Source of the DNA: Alicyclobacillus sp.
GTDB lineage: Bacteria > Bacillota > Bacilli > Alicyclobacillales > Alicyclobacillaceae
NCBI GenBank assembly: GCA_023512635.1
Contig: JAILZF010000001.1
Coordinates: forward strand, 1 to 55,724
DNA length: 55,724 nucleotides
Reading direction: 5' to 3'
In this document: positions 9,334 to 17,963 of the stretch, piece after piece
How the letters are laid out: every line of letters begins with the position of its first letter
Numbering within the stretch: the stretch's first letter is position 1
Translations under genes and position numbers: made by a program
The notes under the pieces: generated by a model
Told to the model about the DNA's origin: nothing
The model's database searches: none
The model's input: the letters and a program-made list of their open reading frames with translations, nothing else

Positions 9334-10482
9334 TCACCCTTGAGCCGCCCGCCCGCCGCGCAGGTCTTGCACCACGCGTGCAACCACCTGGCCTGCAGCC
9401 AGCACTTCGGCCGGGTCCAGCAAACTCGAAAAACTAAAGCGTACGGCGGATTCGACTCGTTCGGGGGGCCATCCGCAAGCCTGCAAAACATGGCTCGGCT
9501 GCAAGCTGCCCGCCGTGCAAGCCGCGCCCGCAGACGCCGCCACCCCTTCCAGGTCCAGGCGCATCAACAACCGGTCACTGCGTACCCCGGAAAACGAAAC
9601 ATTGAGTACACTGGCCGCCCCGCCTTGGGCCGGACTGTTCCACTCCACCCCGGGCAAGCCGTGCAGGCCTTGGACAAACGCCGCCCGTATCTGCTCCAAC
9701 CGGCGCAACCGCTGTTCTCCTTGCGCCTGCAGCCACGCTGCGGCCGCACCCAGGCCGACAATCCCCGCCGCGTGCTCTGTGCCCGCCCGCCGCCCGCGTT
9801 CCTGGGCACCGCCGCGCAACACCGGCCGCCACGGCGTCCCCTGGCGAATGTACAGGACGCCAACGCCTTTGGGTGCATGGATTTTGTGGCCCGAAAAACT
9901 CGCCAGGTCGAGCTGCGTATCTGACAGGCGCAACGGTGCCAGCCCCAAGGCTTGGACCATGTCTGAGTGCACCACGATGTCGGGGCGCAGCCGCTTGACT
10001 GCCGCCGCTGTCTCGGCAACAGGCGTCACCGCCCCCGTTTCATTGTTGACCGCCATCAGCGAGACCAGCCGCGTCTCCGGCCGGATGGCTGCCAGCACCG
10101 CTGCCGTGGTCAGTGAACCATCCGGCTGCGGTGGCAGGTACGTGACGTCCGCCCCCAACTCGGCCAGCAACTCGCAGGTGTGCAAGACGGCGTGGTGTTC
10201 CGCTTGCCCTGTAATCACATGGCCGCGGCTGCCAGCCGCCAACCAGGCGCCGAGCAACGCTGCTTGCACCGATTCGGTCCCGCCACTGGTGAACACCAAC
10301 GCCTGGGCCGGGACCCCCAGCAGACTGGCCACCTGCGCACGGGCTCGTTCAATTCCCGCGCGCGCTGCCCGGCCGGCAGCGTGGATGCTCGACGGGTTGC
10401 CAAAAACATCCTGCAAGTACGGTTCCATGGCAGCCCGCACCTCTGGTAACAGCGGCGTGGTGGCCGCGTTGTCCAGGTACAT
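9334..10482 (-). CDS. iscS: cysteine desulfurase (NifS/IscS class V aminotransferase)
   Basis: MYLDNAATTP..., the PLP-lysine context SFSGHKIHAPKGVGVLYIR, and a C-terminal GAACTAGS active-site Cys loop. It lies downstream of the Rrf2 regulator as in Bacillus. Confidence 0.9.
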   Translation of the reverse strand: MYLDNAATTPLLPEVRAAMEPYLQDVFGNPSSIHAAGRAARAGIERARAQVASLLGVPAQALVFTSGGTESVQAALLGAWLAAGSRGHVITGQAEHHAVLHTCELLAELGADVTYLPPQPDGSLTTAAVLAAIRPETRLVSLMAVNNETGAVTPVAETAAAVKRLRPDIVVHSDMVQALGLAPLRLSDTQLDLASFSGHKIHAPKGVGVLYIRQGTPWRPVLRGGAQERGRRAGTEHAAGIVGLGAAAAWLQAQGEQRLRRLEQIRAAFVQGLHGLPGVEWNSPAQGGAASVLNVSFSGVRSDRLLMRLDLEGVAASAGAACTAGSLQPSHVLQACGWPPERVESAVRFSFSSLLDPAEVLAAGQVVARVVQDLRGGRAAQG

Positions 10483-10545
10483 CAACCTCTTCTGCCCCCT
10501 CGCCGGCTTCCCGGCCCCCCGTAGCCGCCTGTCTACCCTGCCGCA

Positions 10546-10956
10546 TCAGATGTAATACATGTAAGCGTCGGCGTACCCTTGCTGTTGGTCAACCAGGTCC
10601 TGGAGCGTGGTCGAGGTCAGCACGCCCAGGATGGCGTCGCGCAGTTTTTGCCACAACTCGTCCAACCCATCGTGGATGTCTTCGTCAACCAGCTGCAGTG
10701 GACCCTCCAACGTTAAAATCACGTCGGCCGCCGTGATCTCTGTTGGCGCTTTGGCCAGTACATAGCCCCCGTACGCGCCGCGCACACTGCGCACAATCCC
10801 GGCGTTGCGCAGCGGTGCAATCAACTGCTCTAAATAGTGTTCCGACAGCCCCTGCCGCTCGGCAATCGACTTCAGTGAAACGGGCGATCCCGCGCCGTGT
10901 ATAGCCAGGTCTACCAACAGCATGAGCCCGTACCGCCCTTTGGTCGAGATCTTCAC
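10546..10956 (-). CDS. Rrf2-family transcriptional regulator (CymR/IscR-like)
   Basis: VKISTKGRYGLMLLVDLA... is an Rrf2 N-terminal wHTH. GTG 10956 is preceded by GGAGG. Its start overlaps the rarA stop as GTGA. Confidence 0.85.
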   Translation of the reverse strand: MKISTKGRYGLMLLVDLAIHGAGSPVSLKSIAERQGLSEHYLEQLIAPLRNAGIVRSVRGAYGGYVLAKAPTEITAADVILTLEGPLQLVDEDIHDGLDELWQKLRDAILGVLTSTTLQDLVDQQQGYADAYMYYI

Positions 10957-12230
10957 GCTTGTCCATCCTCCCTTGGCACGTAGCGGCGTGGAGCCACTCC
11001 GACCGGCCAGTAGTTTTGCTCTACCCAATGGCCCGGGTAATCGTGCGGGTACAGATACCCCACGCCACTGCCCAAAGCGGCTGCGCCCGCGTAGCCTGTG
11101 CCGCGCAGGTGGGCCGGGACTGTCAGGGGCAGGCCCTGTTCAACATCGCGCATCGCGGCGTTGATAGCTTGATACGCCGCGTTTGACTTGTTCGCCCGGG
11201 CTAAGTAAATGGTCGCTTCCGCCAGAGGTATCCGCGCTTCCGGCATGCCGATGGCCTGAACCGCATGCAAGGTGGCCACAGCCAGCGGCAACGCCTGGGG
11301 GTCAGCCAGGCCGATGTCCTCAGCAGCCAGAATCACCAAGCGGCGGGCGATAAACAACGGGTCTTCACCCGCAGTCAGCATTTTGGCCAGCCACAAAACC
11401 GCCGCATCCGGGTCCGACCCGCGCACCGCTTTGATCCACGCGGAAATCGTGTCATAGTGCTCGTCTCCTGCGCTGTCATACAGGACGGTACGCTGCTGCA
11501 GACAGGTGCGCATTTGCTGGAGGTCCACTTGGGCGCGGCCGTCCGGTCCGAGCGGAGCGGTGGTCACCGCCCACTCCAGGGCGTTTAAGGCCCGCCGTGC
11601 GTCACCCGCTGCCGCCTGCGCCAGCCAATCTAAGGCAGCGTTTTCCACCACGGCTTGCCATGCCCCCAGCCCGCGTTCCGGGTCACGCAAGGCTCGTTCC
11701 AGCAGCTGACGAATCGCGGCTGCTGACAGCGGCTGCAAACGGTACACCTGGGAGCGAGACAACAAGGCCGCGTTCACCGCAAACGACGGGTTTTCTGTGG
11801 TCGCCCCCACCAGGGTCAACAGTCCTTGTTCCACATGAGGCAACAACAGGTCTTGCTGAGCCTTGTTAAATCGGTGAATCTCATCAATGAATAGGACAGT
11901 CTGCCGGTTGTAAAGTGCACGCTCATCCCGTGCCTGTTGAATGACCTGGCGCAGCTCCGCCACCCCAGCCGTCACGGCGTTCAGCTGGACAAAGCGCGCC
12001 TGCACGGCCGCAGCCAAGACATTGGCCAACGCAGTCTTCCCTGTGCCGGGTGGTCCATACAAAATCACAGACCGCAGTTGCCCCGTCTGCGCTGCCCGGC
12101 GCAAGGCACTTCCCGGCCCGATGACCTCTTCTTGCCCTACCAGTTCATCCAACGTACGCGGCCGCATGCGGTAGGCCAGCGGCGCCGTCCGCTCCGCTTC
12201 GCGCTCGGCCTGTGCTTGAAACAGGTCCAC
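10953..12230 (-). CDS. rarA: replication-associated recombination protein A (AAA+ ATPase)
   Basis: Walker A GPPGTGKT, Walker B LFIDEIHRF, and a MgsA C-terminal domain (YLYPHDYPGHWVEQNYWP). The start was trimmed to GTG 12230 with a G-rich RBS. Confidence 0.9.
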   Translation of the reverse strand: MDLFQAQAEREAERTAPLAYRMRPRTLDELVGQEEVIGPGSALRRAAQTGQLRSVILYGPPGTGKTALANVLAAAVQARFVQLNAVTAGVAELRQVIQQARDERALYNRQTVLFIDEIHRFNKAQQDLLLPHVEQGLLTLVGATTENPSFAVNAALLSRSQVYRLQPLSAAAIRQLLERALRDPERGLGAWQAVVENAALDWLAQAAAGDARRALNALEWAVTTAPLGPDGRAQVDLQQMRTCLQQRTVLYDSAGDEHYDTISAWIKAVRGSDPDAAVLWLAKMLTAGEDPLFIARRLVILAAEDIGLADPQALPLAVATLHAVQAIGMPEARIPLAEATIYLARANKSNAAYQAINAAMRDVEQGLPLTVPAHLRGTGYAGAAALGSGVGYLYPHDYPGHWVEQNYWPVGVAPRRYVPREDGQA

Positions 12231-12387
12231 ATCCCTGCCCCCTCTCGACCGCCGCTCCAGGCGACGGTGTACCCGCCCGCGCCGTCTGCTGCTCGGGTCA
12301 CGGGTCCGGGGGTTCAGAAACCCCAAGTATTAAAATTGACATTCTTAAAGTATAACCGGAAGGTTCTCCCGGCAACAAGTCCAACGC

Positions 12388-12413
12388 AAAAAGGCAGCCC
12401 CTCTGGCTGCCTT
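12388..12413 (-). terminator. intrinsic terminator ending the aspS / 6S transcript
   Basis: Minus strand GGCAGCC-agagg-GGCTGCC followed by TTTTT (12388-12392). Confidence 0.65.
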
Positions 12414-12416
12414 CTA

Positions 12417-12618
12417 TGTGTTGAAAGCTTGGTCGAAAGCACAGAACCCCGCTTCTGCCGTGAAGCCTCCCGAATTGAACCTGCGCTCGGCAGGTGGGTG
12501 TCCTGCTCATCCGCTTGCACGTCCACGAAGGCGACCTTGAGGCATGTGCGCACGGGAGAGACGCCGGACTCCCTTTGTACGGGGTGTTGGCTCAATTAAC
12601 AGCAAGGCTTACACGCAC
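12417..12618 (-). ncRNA. ssrS: candidate 6S RNA (6S-1/bsrA-like)
   Basis: About 200 nt on the minus strand fold by eye into one long imperfect hairpin:
- Closing arms GTGTAAGCCTTG.../...CAAGCTTTCAACAC and AGC-ACA-CCCCG/CGGGG-TGT-GCT.
- Inner arms GGGAGTCCGGC/GCAGGACACCC and CTCTCCCGTGCGCAC/GTGCAAGCGGATGAG.
- An unpaired central region holding a small hairpin, CCTGC-cgagc-GCAGG.

The position immediately downstream of aspS matches B. subtilis 6S-1. Confidence 0.55.
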
Positions 12619-12758
12619 AGCGCAGGGATTTGCGCCGGGCAACCGGCTGTGCCGGCCGCCGCTGTGACCTTATGGTACCACCCTCGGCCGCACGGATGCA
12701 AGCGCTAAACCTTGCCTCTGGCGCCTGCAAGCAGCCTTGCAGAGCGGGCGCAGAGCGG

Positions 12759-14567
12759 TTATCTGCGCCGGTCATCCCCAGTCAGGACAGGGGCCCGCAA
12801 CGCCAAATGGAGGGTGTCCAGTTGCGCCTGGCTGACCGGAGCGGGCGCCTGCATCATCAAGTCGGAGCCACTCTGTGTCTTCGGGAAGGCAATGCAGTCG
12901 CGCAGCGAGCTGCCCCCGCCGAGGATCATCACCAGCCGGTCAATGCCAAAAGCAATTCCCCCGTGCGGCGGCGTGCCGTACTCAAACGCGTCAAGCAAAA
13001 AGCCAAACTGTTGGCGCGCCTCCTCCGGTGCAAAGCCAAGTGCGCGGAACATCCGCTCTTGCAGCTCGCGCTGAAAGATGCGCATGCTGCCCCCGCCCAG
13101 CTCGTACCCGTTGAGCACCAAGTCATACGCTTGGGCGCGCACCGACCCCGGGTCGGTTTCCAGCTTGTCGATGTCTTCCCAGCGCGGCATGGTGAACGGG
13201 TGGTGCTCAGCCACCCAGCGCTGTTCTTCTTCATCGTACGTCAAGAGCGGGAAATCGACCACCCAGAGGAAGCGGAACGCCGATGTGTCCACCAGACCCA
13301 GCTCATGGCCGAGTTTCAGCCGCAGCGCGCCCAGCGCTGGCAAGACCACTTGGCGTGGCCCAGCGCCCATCAACACCAAGTCGCCGTCCCTGGCGCCCGC
13401 AGCCATCGCCAACGCTTGCAGTTGCTCGGGCGTAAAGAACTTCGCAATGGGCGAGCGGTACTCCCCTCCCGCCAGCGCCAAAGGCGCCAAGCCTTTCAGG
13501 CCGTAACCAGCGACAAAGCGCACCAAGTCGTCCAGCTGTTTGCGCGAATACCCGGCACAGCCGGGCGCCACCAACGCCTTGATCACGCCGCCTTGCGCCA
13601 ACACGTCCTGAAACACGCGGAACGAGGACCCTTGCACGGCTGCCGCTATGTCTTGCAACGGCATGTCAAAGCGCAGGTCCGGCTTGTCTGAGCCGTAGCG
13701 TTCCATCGCCTCTTGGTAGGGCAGGCGCTGAAACGGCAGGGACAGCTCCCGGCCGAGCACGGTGCGAAACACGTGTTGCATCATCTCTTCCATCAGTGCC
13801 TGAAAGGCCTCAGGCGGCAAAAACGATTGTTCAATATCCAACTGCGTAAACTCCGGTTGCCGGTCAGCGCGCAGGTCTTCGTCGCGGAAGCAGCGGACGA
13901 TTTGGTAATAGCGCTCGACACCCGCCACCATTAACAGTTGTTTAAACAACTGCGGTGACTGGGGCAAGGCATAGAACGACCCCGGTTGCAGCCGGCTGGG
14001 CACGAGGAAGTCGCGGGCGCCTTCCGGCGTGCTGCGTGTGAGCATCGGCGTCTCCACTTCGAGAAACCCGTGATGGTCTAAAAACTGCCGCAGCGCCCGC
14101 GTGACTTGGTGGCGCATGCGCAGCATCGACTGCATTTCCGGCCGGCGCAGATCAAGATAACGGTAGCGCAGACGCACCGCCTCATCCACGTCAATCCCGT
14201 CTTGCACGGGGAACGGCGGGGTCTTGGCCGAGTTGAGCAACTCCAAGGCTGTGACCACCAGTTCGATGGTTCCAGTTTCCAATTTCAGGTTGACCGTCTC
14301 CGGTGCGCGTTCCACCACTTGACCGCGCACACTGATCACCGCCTCGCTGCGCAGGCGGTCGGCCGCTGTCTGCACGTCGGCAGGCGTACCGCGCGACGGG
14401 TCAAACACCAGTTGCAAGATCCCGCTGCGATCCCGCAAGTCAATGAACACGACACTGCCCAGGTCGCGCCGGCGCTGTACCCAACCGGACAACACCACCT
14501 CTTGGCCGACGGCTGCCAGTGTCTCGCGGACGCTGTGCGTCCGGTAGAGTTCAGGTCGATGCAACAC
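12759..14567 (-). CDS. aspS: aspartate--tRNA ligase
   Basis: Class IIb AspRS motifs (FRDEDLRADRQPEFTQLD, GGGSMRI, PPHGGIAFGIDR). The start was trimmed to GTG 14567, preceded by GGGAGGAG. It overlaps the hisS stop by 17 nt. Confidence 0.95.
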   Translation of the reverse strand: MLHRPELYRTHSVRETLAAVGQEVVLSGWVQRRRDLGSVVFIDLRDRSGILQLVFDPSRGTPADVQTAADRLRSEAVISVRGQVVERAPETVNLKLETGTIELVVTALELLNSAKTPPFPVQDGIDVDEAVRLRYRYLDLRRPEMQSMLRMRHQVTRALRQFLDHHGFLEVETPMLTRSTPEGARDFLVPSRLQPGSFYALPQSPQLFKQLLMVAGVERYYQIVRCFRDEDLRADRQPEFTQLDIEQSFLPPEAFQALMEEMMQHVFRTVLGRELSLPFQRLPYQEAMERYGSDKPDLRFDMPLQDIAAAVQGSSFRVFQDVLAQGGVIKALVAPGCAGYSRKQLDDLVRFVAGYGLKGLAPLALAGGEYRSPIAKFFTPEQLQALAMAAGARDGDLVLMGAGPRQVVLPALGALRLKLGHELGLVDTSAFRFLWVVDFPLLTYDEEEQRWVAEHHPFTMPRWEDIDKLETDPGSVRAQAYDLVLNGYELGGGSMRIFQRELQERMFRALGFAPEEARQQFGFLLDAFEYGTPPHGGIAFGIDRLVMILGGGSSLRDCIAFPKTQSGSDLMMQAPAPVSQAQLDTLHLALRAPVLTGDDRRR

Positions 14568-15834
14568 GGTCTGCTCCTCCCTTGCCCACATACTCCGCGA
14601 TGTCCGCCAACGCCACTTGGGCCTGGAGGCCCGTTTGCAGGTCTTTGACAGTGGCCAGGCCCGTCGCCAATTCGGCTTCGCCTAGCAGCACCGCAAAGCG
14701 CGCGCCATCGCGGTCAGCCTGCTTTAACTGCGCTTTGATACCGCGGCCGCGGTAATCGCGGTCCGCCACCAGTCCAGCGCTGCGCAACTGCCGCAGGACG
14801 CGCGTTGCCAACGGGGCCGCGGCTGCATCGACCACCACCACAAACGCGTCCAGGGCGGCTGGGCGGGCGCGGGTCAGACCTTGCTCTTGCAGGACCAACA
14901 AGGCGCGCTCGAAGCCGCCCGCAAAGCCCACCCCTGGGGTTTCCGGTCCGCCCAGTTCGCGGACCAACCCGTTGTAACGCCCGCCGCCAGCGACTGAGCT
15001 GTAGCCGGGGACGATGCACTCCCATGTGGTCCGCGTGTAGTAGTCCAGGCCCCGTACCAGGTGGTCGTTCAGCCGGTAAGGAAGGTCCATGGCCGCAAGG
15101 TGTGCCTGAACCTGGGCAAAGTGTTCGGCACACGCCGGGCAGAGGCTGGCGCGGATGGTAGGGGCGCCGGATTCTGCCAGAAGTGCCTGGCAGGCGGGTT
15201 GTTTGCAGTCGAACACGCGCAGCGGATTGCGGGTCAACCGCTGTTGGCAATCGCCGCAAAACCGGTCGGCAAGCGGCTGCAACTTGGCCAGCATCTGCTC
15301 GCGGTGCAACGGCCGGCAGACGGGACAACCAACGCTGTTCAGCTCCAGCTCCACCCCTTGCAGACCAAACCCGGCCAGCAGGTCCAGGTTGAGAGCAATC
15401 ACCTCAGCGTCAAGCGCAGGGTCATCTGCACCGAGCGCTTCGACACCGTACTGGTGAAACTGCCGCCACCGGCCCTTTTGCGGCTTTTCGTAGCGGAACA
15501 TGGGCCCAGCATAAAACAGTTTGACCGCTCCCGGCTGACCGTACAATTTGTTCTCCACAAACGCCCTGACAACCCCGGCGGTGTACTCTGGACGCAGCGT
15601 CACGCTACGTCCGCCCCGGTCTAAGAAGGTGTACATCTCTTTGGCGACAATGTCGGTGGTTTCGCCGACCCCGCGTTGAAAAAGCTCCGTGTGTTCAAAC
15701 ACAGGGGTGCGGATTTCTTGATAGTGGTAGCGGGTACAGGTATCGCGCACGACCTGTTCGAGGTGCTGCCATTGTTCCACTTCTCCTGGCAACACATCTG
15801 CCGTCCCCCGCGGTCGTTGCGTGAGCATAGTCAT
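14551..15834 (-). CDS. hisS: histidine--tRNA ligase
   Basis: MTMLTQRPRGTADVLPGE..., RPEYTAGVVRAF and GGGRYNGL motifs. ATG 15834 is preceded by GAGGAGGGA. Confidence 0.95.
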   Translation of the reverse strand: MTMLTQRPRGTADVLPGEVEQWQHLEQVVRDTCTRYHYQEIRTPVFEHTELFQRGVGETTDIVAKEMYTFLDRGGRSVTLRPEYTAGVVRAFVENKLYGQPGAVKLFYAGPMFRYEKPQKGRWRQFHQYGVEALGADDPALDAEVIALNLDLLAGFGLQGVELELNSVGCPVCRPLHREQMLAKLQPLADRFCGDCQQRLTRNPLRVFDCKQPACQALLAESGAPTIRASLCPACAEHFAQVQAHLAAMDLPYRLNDHLVRGLDYYTRTTWECIVPGYSSVAGGGRYNGLVRELGGPETPGVGFAGGFERALLVLQEQGLTRARPAALDAFVVVVDAAAAPLATRVLRQLRSAGLVADRDYRGRGIKAQLKQADRDGARFAVLLGEAELATGLATVKDLQTGLQAQVALADIAEYVGKGGADRVAST

Positions 15835-15911
15835 TCCCTCCTCGCCAACCCCTGCCTTGTCGCTGGGTCCCAAGCCGGCAAGTGATAAGCAAACCCTGCA
15901 CGGCGGTGCGC

Positions 15912-16095
15912 AAAACAAACGCCCTTTCGCCTGTCGTTGCGGACAGGGGCGAAAGGGCGCGGATTCGCGTTGCCACCCTGCTAGGACAAGCTCTCCCCTT
16001 CATCAAATCCAAGCTAAACGTCTATCGGCCAGTATAGAACATGGCAATGAAACTTGTCAATTGCTGGCCGAGGTGGATGAGCCCCCTCACAGCGC
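15912..16095 (-). promoter_or_regulatory. T-box-like leader with terminator upstream of hisS-aspS (atypical Stem I)
   Basis: Minus strand carries the T-box sequence AGGGTGGCAACGCG (15965-15978). It also carries the terminator CGCCCTTTCGCC-N16-GGCGAAAGGGCG followed by TTTGTTTT (15912-15959). The upstream part is short and lacks a canonical AG bulge or distal loop. Confidence 0.6.
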
Positions 16096-16096
16096 T

Positions 16097-16273
16097 CTAA
16101 TGGCGGCGCATCTTTTGGAGTTTCGCCGTCCAATCACGCGGAGCATAAGCCCAATCGTCCGGCCACTCGGCCTCCTCTTCGTACCCGAGCAGCTGTTCTG
16201 CCTCTGGCCCGGGACCGTACAACAGGTTGTACAGCTGTTCTGTCCGGGAACCGTCCGACCCTCGTACTCGCAT
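16097..16273 (-). CDS. hypothetical small acidic protein (58 aa)
   Basis: MRVRGSDGSRTEQLYNLLYGPGPEAEQLLGYEEEAEWPDDWAYAPRDWTAKLQKMRRH, with GGGAGG 9 nt upstream of the ATG. No family was recognised, and the ORF may be spurious. Confidence 0.25.
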   Translation of the reverse strand: MRVRGSDGSRTEQLYNLLYGPGPEAEQLLGYEEEAEWPDDWAYAPRDWTAKLQKMRRH

Positions 16274-16340
16274 GTCGATCCGCCTCCCGCCGTGGTACCG
16301 GTTTTTGCCGGGCGGCAACCGCACAGTCTGCCGCTGCCCC

Positions 16341-17825
16341 CTAGTGTGTCTGGCCGGTTGGCGGGCCATACAACCCGTCCGCCACAGCCTTGGCTGCTGC
16401 TGCCACGCTGGCCAACAGCGGTTCGTCCTGGCCTGGCAAGAGGGTACGGACGTCGAGCACGACCGCGTCTTGGCCAATCCGTCCAATCACCGGCGGTTCA
16501 CCGCAGGTGCGCAGCAGCGCGGCGAGTTGCTGGGCACCCGCCCAGCGGCTGGTCAGGCGCAGGACGCGCGTCGGCAAGGCCGTTTCGGGCAAGGCCCCAC
16601 CGCCGACGTGCGACACGTCGTCCGCCTCCGCAACCGTGAGGGCGGCCGCGACGGCAGGGTCACTGCGCAGCCGGTCGGCCAATTGCCGACACCGTGCCGC
16701 CACATCGGCGTACGATTGCGTCAACATCCAGATCACGGGCAATTCTTGCTGAGCGGTCCCTGCCTCATAGGCGGCCAACGTGGCATCGAGGGCGGCTAAG
16801 GTCAGTTTGTCCACGCGCAAGGCGCGTGCCAACGGGTGGCGAGCCAACCGCTGCACCAGCTCCCGCCGGCCCGCGACGATGCCGGCCTGCGCCCCACCAA
16901 GCAGTTTGTCCCCGCTAAAACTGATTAAGTCTACCCCCGCCTGCAGGCTGTGCTGAACCGTCGGCTCGTCGCCGATTCCGTAGCGGGCAAAATCGAACAG
17001 GGCGCCGCTGCCCAGGTCTTCGTACAGAGGCACCCCACAGCGCTGGGACAAGGCGGCCAGGTCGGTGAGTGCTGGCTGCTCAGCAAAGCCCACAATCCGG
17101 TAGTTGCTCGTATGTACCCGCACCAGCAGGCGAGTTTGCGGCGTGATGGCACGTTCATAATCGGCCAACCGGGTCTTGTTGGTGCTCCCGACTTCGACCA
17201 ACGTCACCCCGGCTGCCTGCATCAGCTCCGGGATACGAAAGGACCCGCCGATTTCTACGAGTTGCCCGCGCGACACCACAGCCTCACCGCCGCTCGCCAA
17301 GGCGCTCAAGGTTAGCCACACAGCGGCGGCGTTGTTGTTCACCACCAACGCCGCCTCCGCACCTATCAACCGGCACAGTCGGGCTTCCACGTGGCTGTGG
17401 CGCCAGCCACGCCCCCCTTGTCCGAGGTCAAATTCCAGGTTGCTGTACTGGCCGCCCACCGCCCATACGGCCGTCAACGCCCGTTCCGACAACGGCGCCC
17501 TGCCCAAATTGGTGTGCAAGACCACACCTGTCAAGTTGAGCACAGGGCGCAGCTGCGGTTGCAGGCGCCGCTGTACACAGGCGCGTACGCGTTCAGCCAA
17601 GGCAGGGACGGCTGTCCATTGCGCCCACTGCTCGGCACTTGGCGGAGGCGCCATACCCTGCTCGGCTGCTGTCCACATGTTCCGCAACTCCGCCAAGGCC
17701 TCGTTCAATACGGCCGTCTGCGTAGCCCGGGGCAAACCTGCCAGCGCCTGTTGCACCTGCGGATCGGCCAATAACTTGTGGACAGCGGGAAGGGTACGCA
17801 ACTCCAAAGCTCGGTTCCACTGCAT
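16341..17825 (-). CDS. selA: L-seryl-tRNA(Sec) selenium transferase (selenocysteine synthase)
   Basis: PLP-lysine motif [19 protein letters not shown] and overall SelA-like layout. The start was trimmed to ATG 17825 ([19 protein letters not shown]), preceded by GGAGG. Confidence 0.85.
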
Positions 17826-17963
17826 CGTCGGTCCTCCGCAGCCAAGGGTTCTTTGATCCACCCTTACTTTACCATGACTCGGCCGTGGCGGGTCCCGGTG
17901 GTTTTGGGCGGAGCTACAAGACCGCCCCTGTATGCTAGGATGGGAGGGCGAGGAGGAATGGGA

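Noticed and set aside
9137-9337. 66-aa ORF in the gap downstream of iscS.
   Set aside because: It has no RBS and spans the iscS terminator hairpin. Its composition is not protein-like.
12388-12758. RNase P RNA or tmRNA as an alternative identity for the ~370-nt non-coding stretch. The plus strand contains CACAGAACCCCGCTT, reminiscent of the RNase P ACAGAACCCGGCTTA box.
   Set aside because: The box lies at the wrong end for a plus-strand gene. There is no GGAAAGTCCGG box in matching orientation. No tRNA-like ends or tag ORF for tmRNA are present. The single-long-hairpin architecture fits 6S RNA better.
15919-16340. tRNA-Sec (selC) or a SECIS-type element next to selA.
   Set aside because: No acceptor or T-arm (GGTTCGAAT-like) and no UCA anticodon loop could be traced on either strand. 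The region is accounted for by the hisS leader and a possible small ORF.
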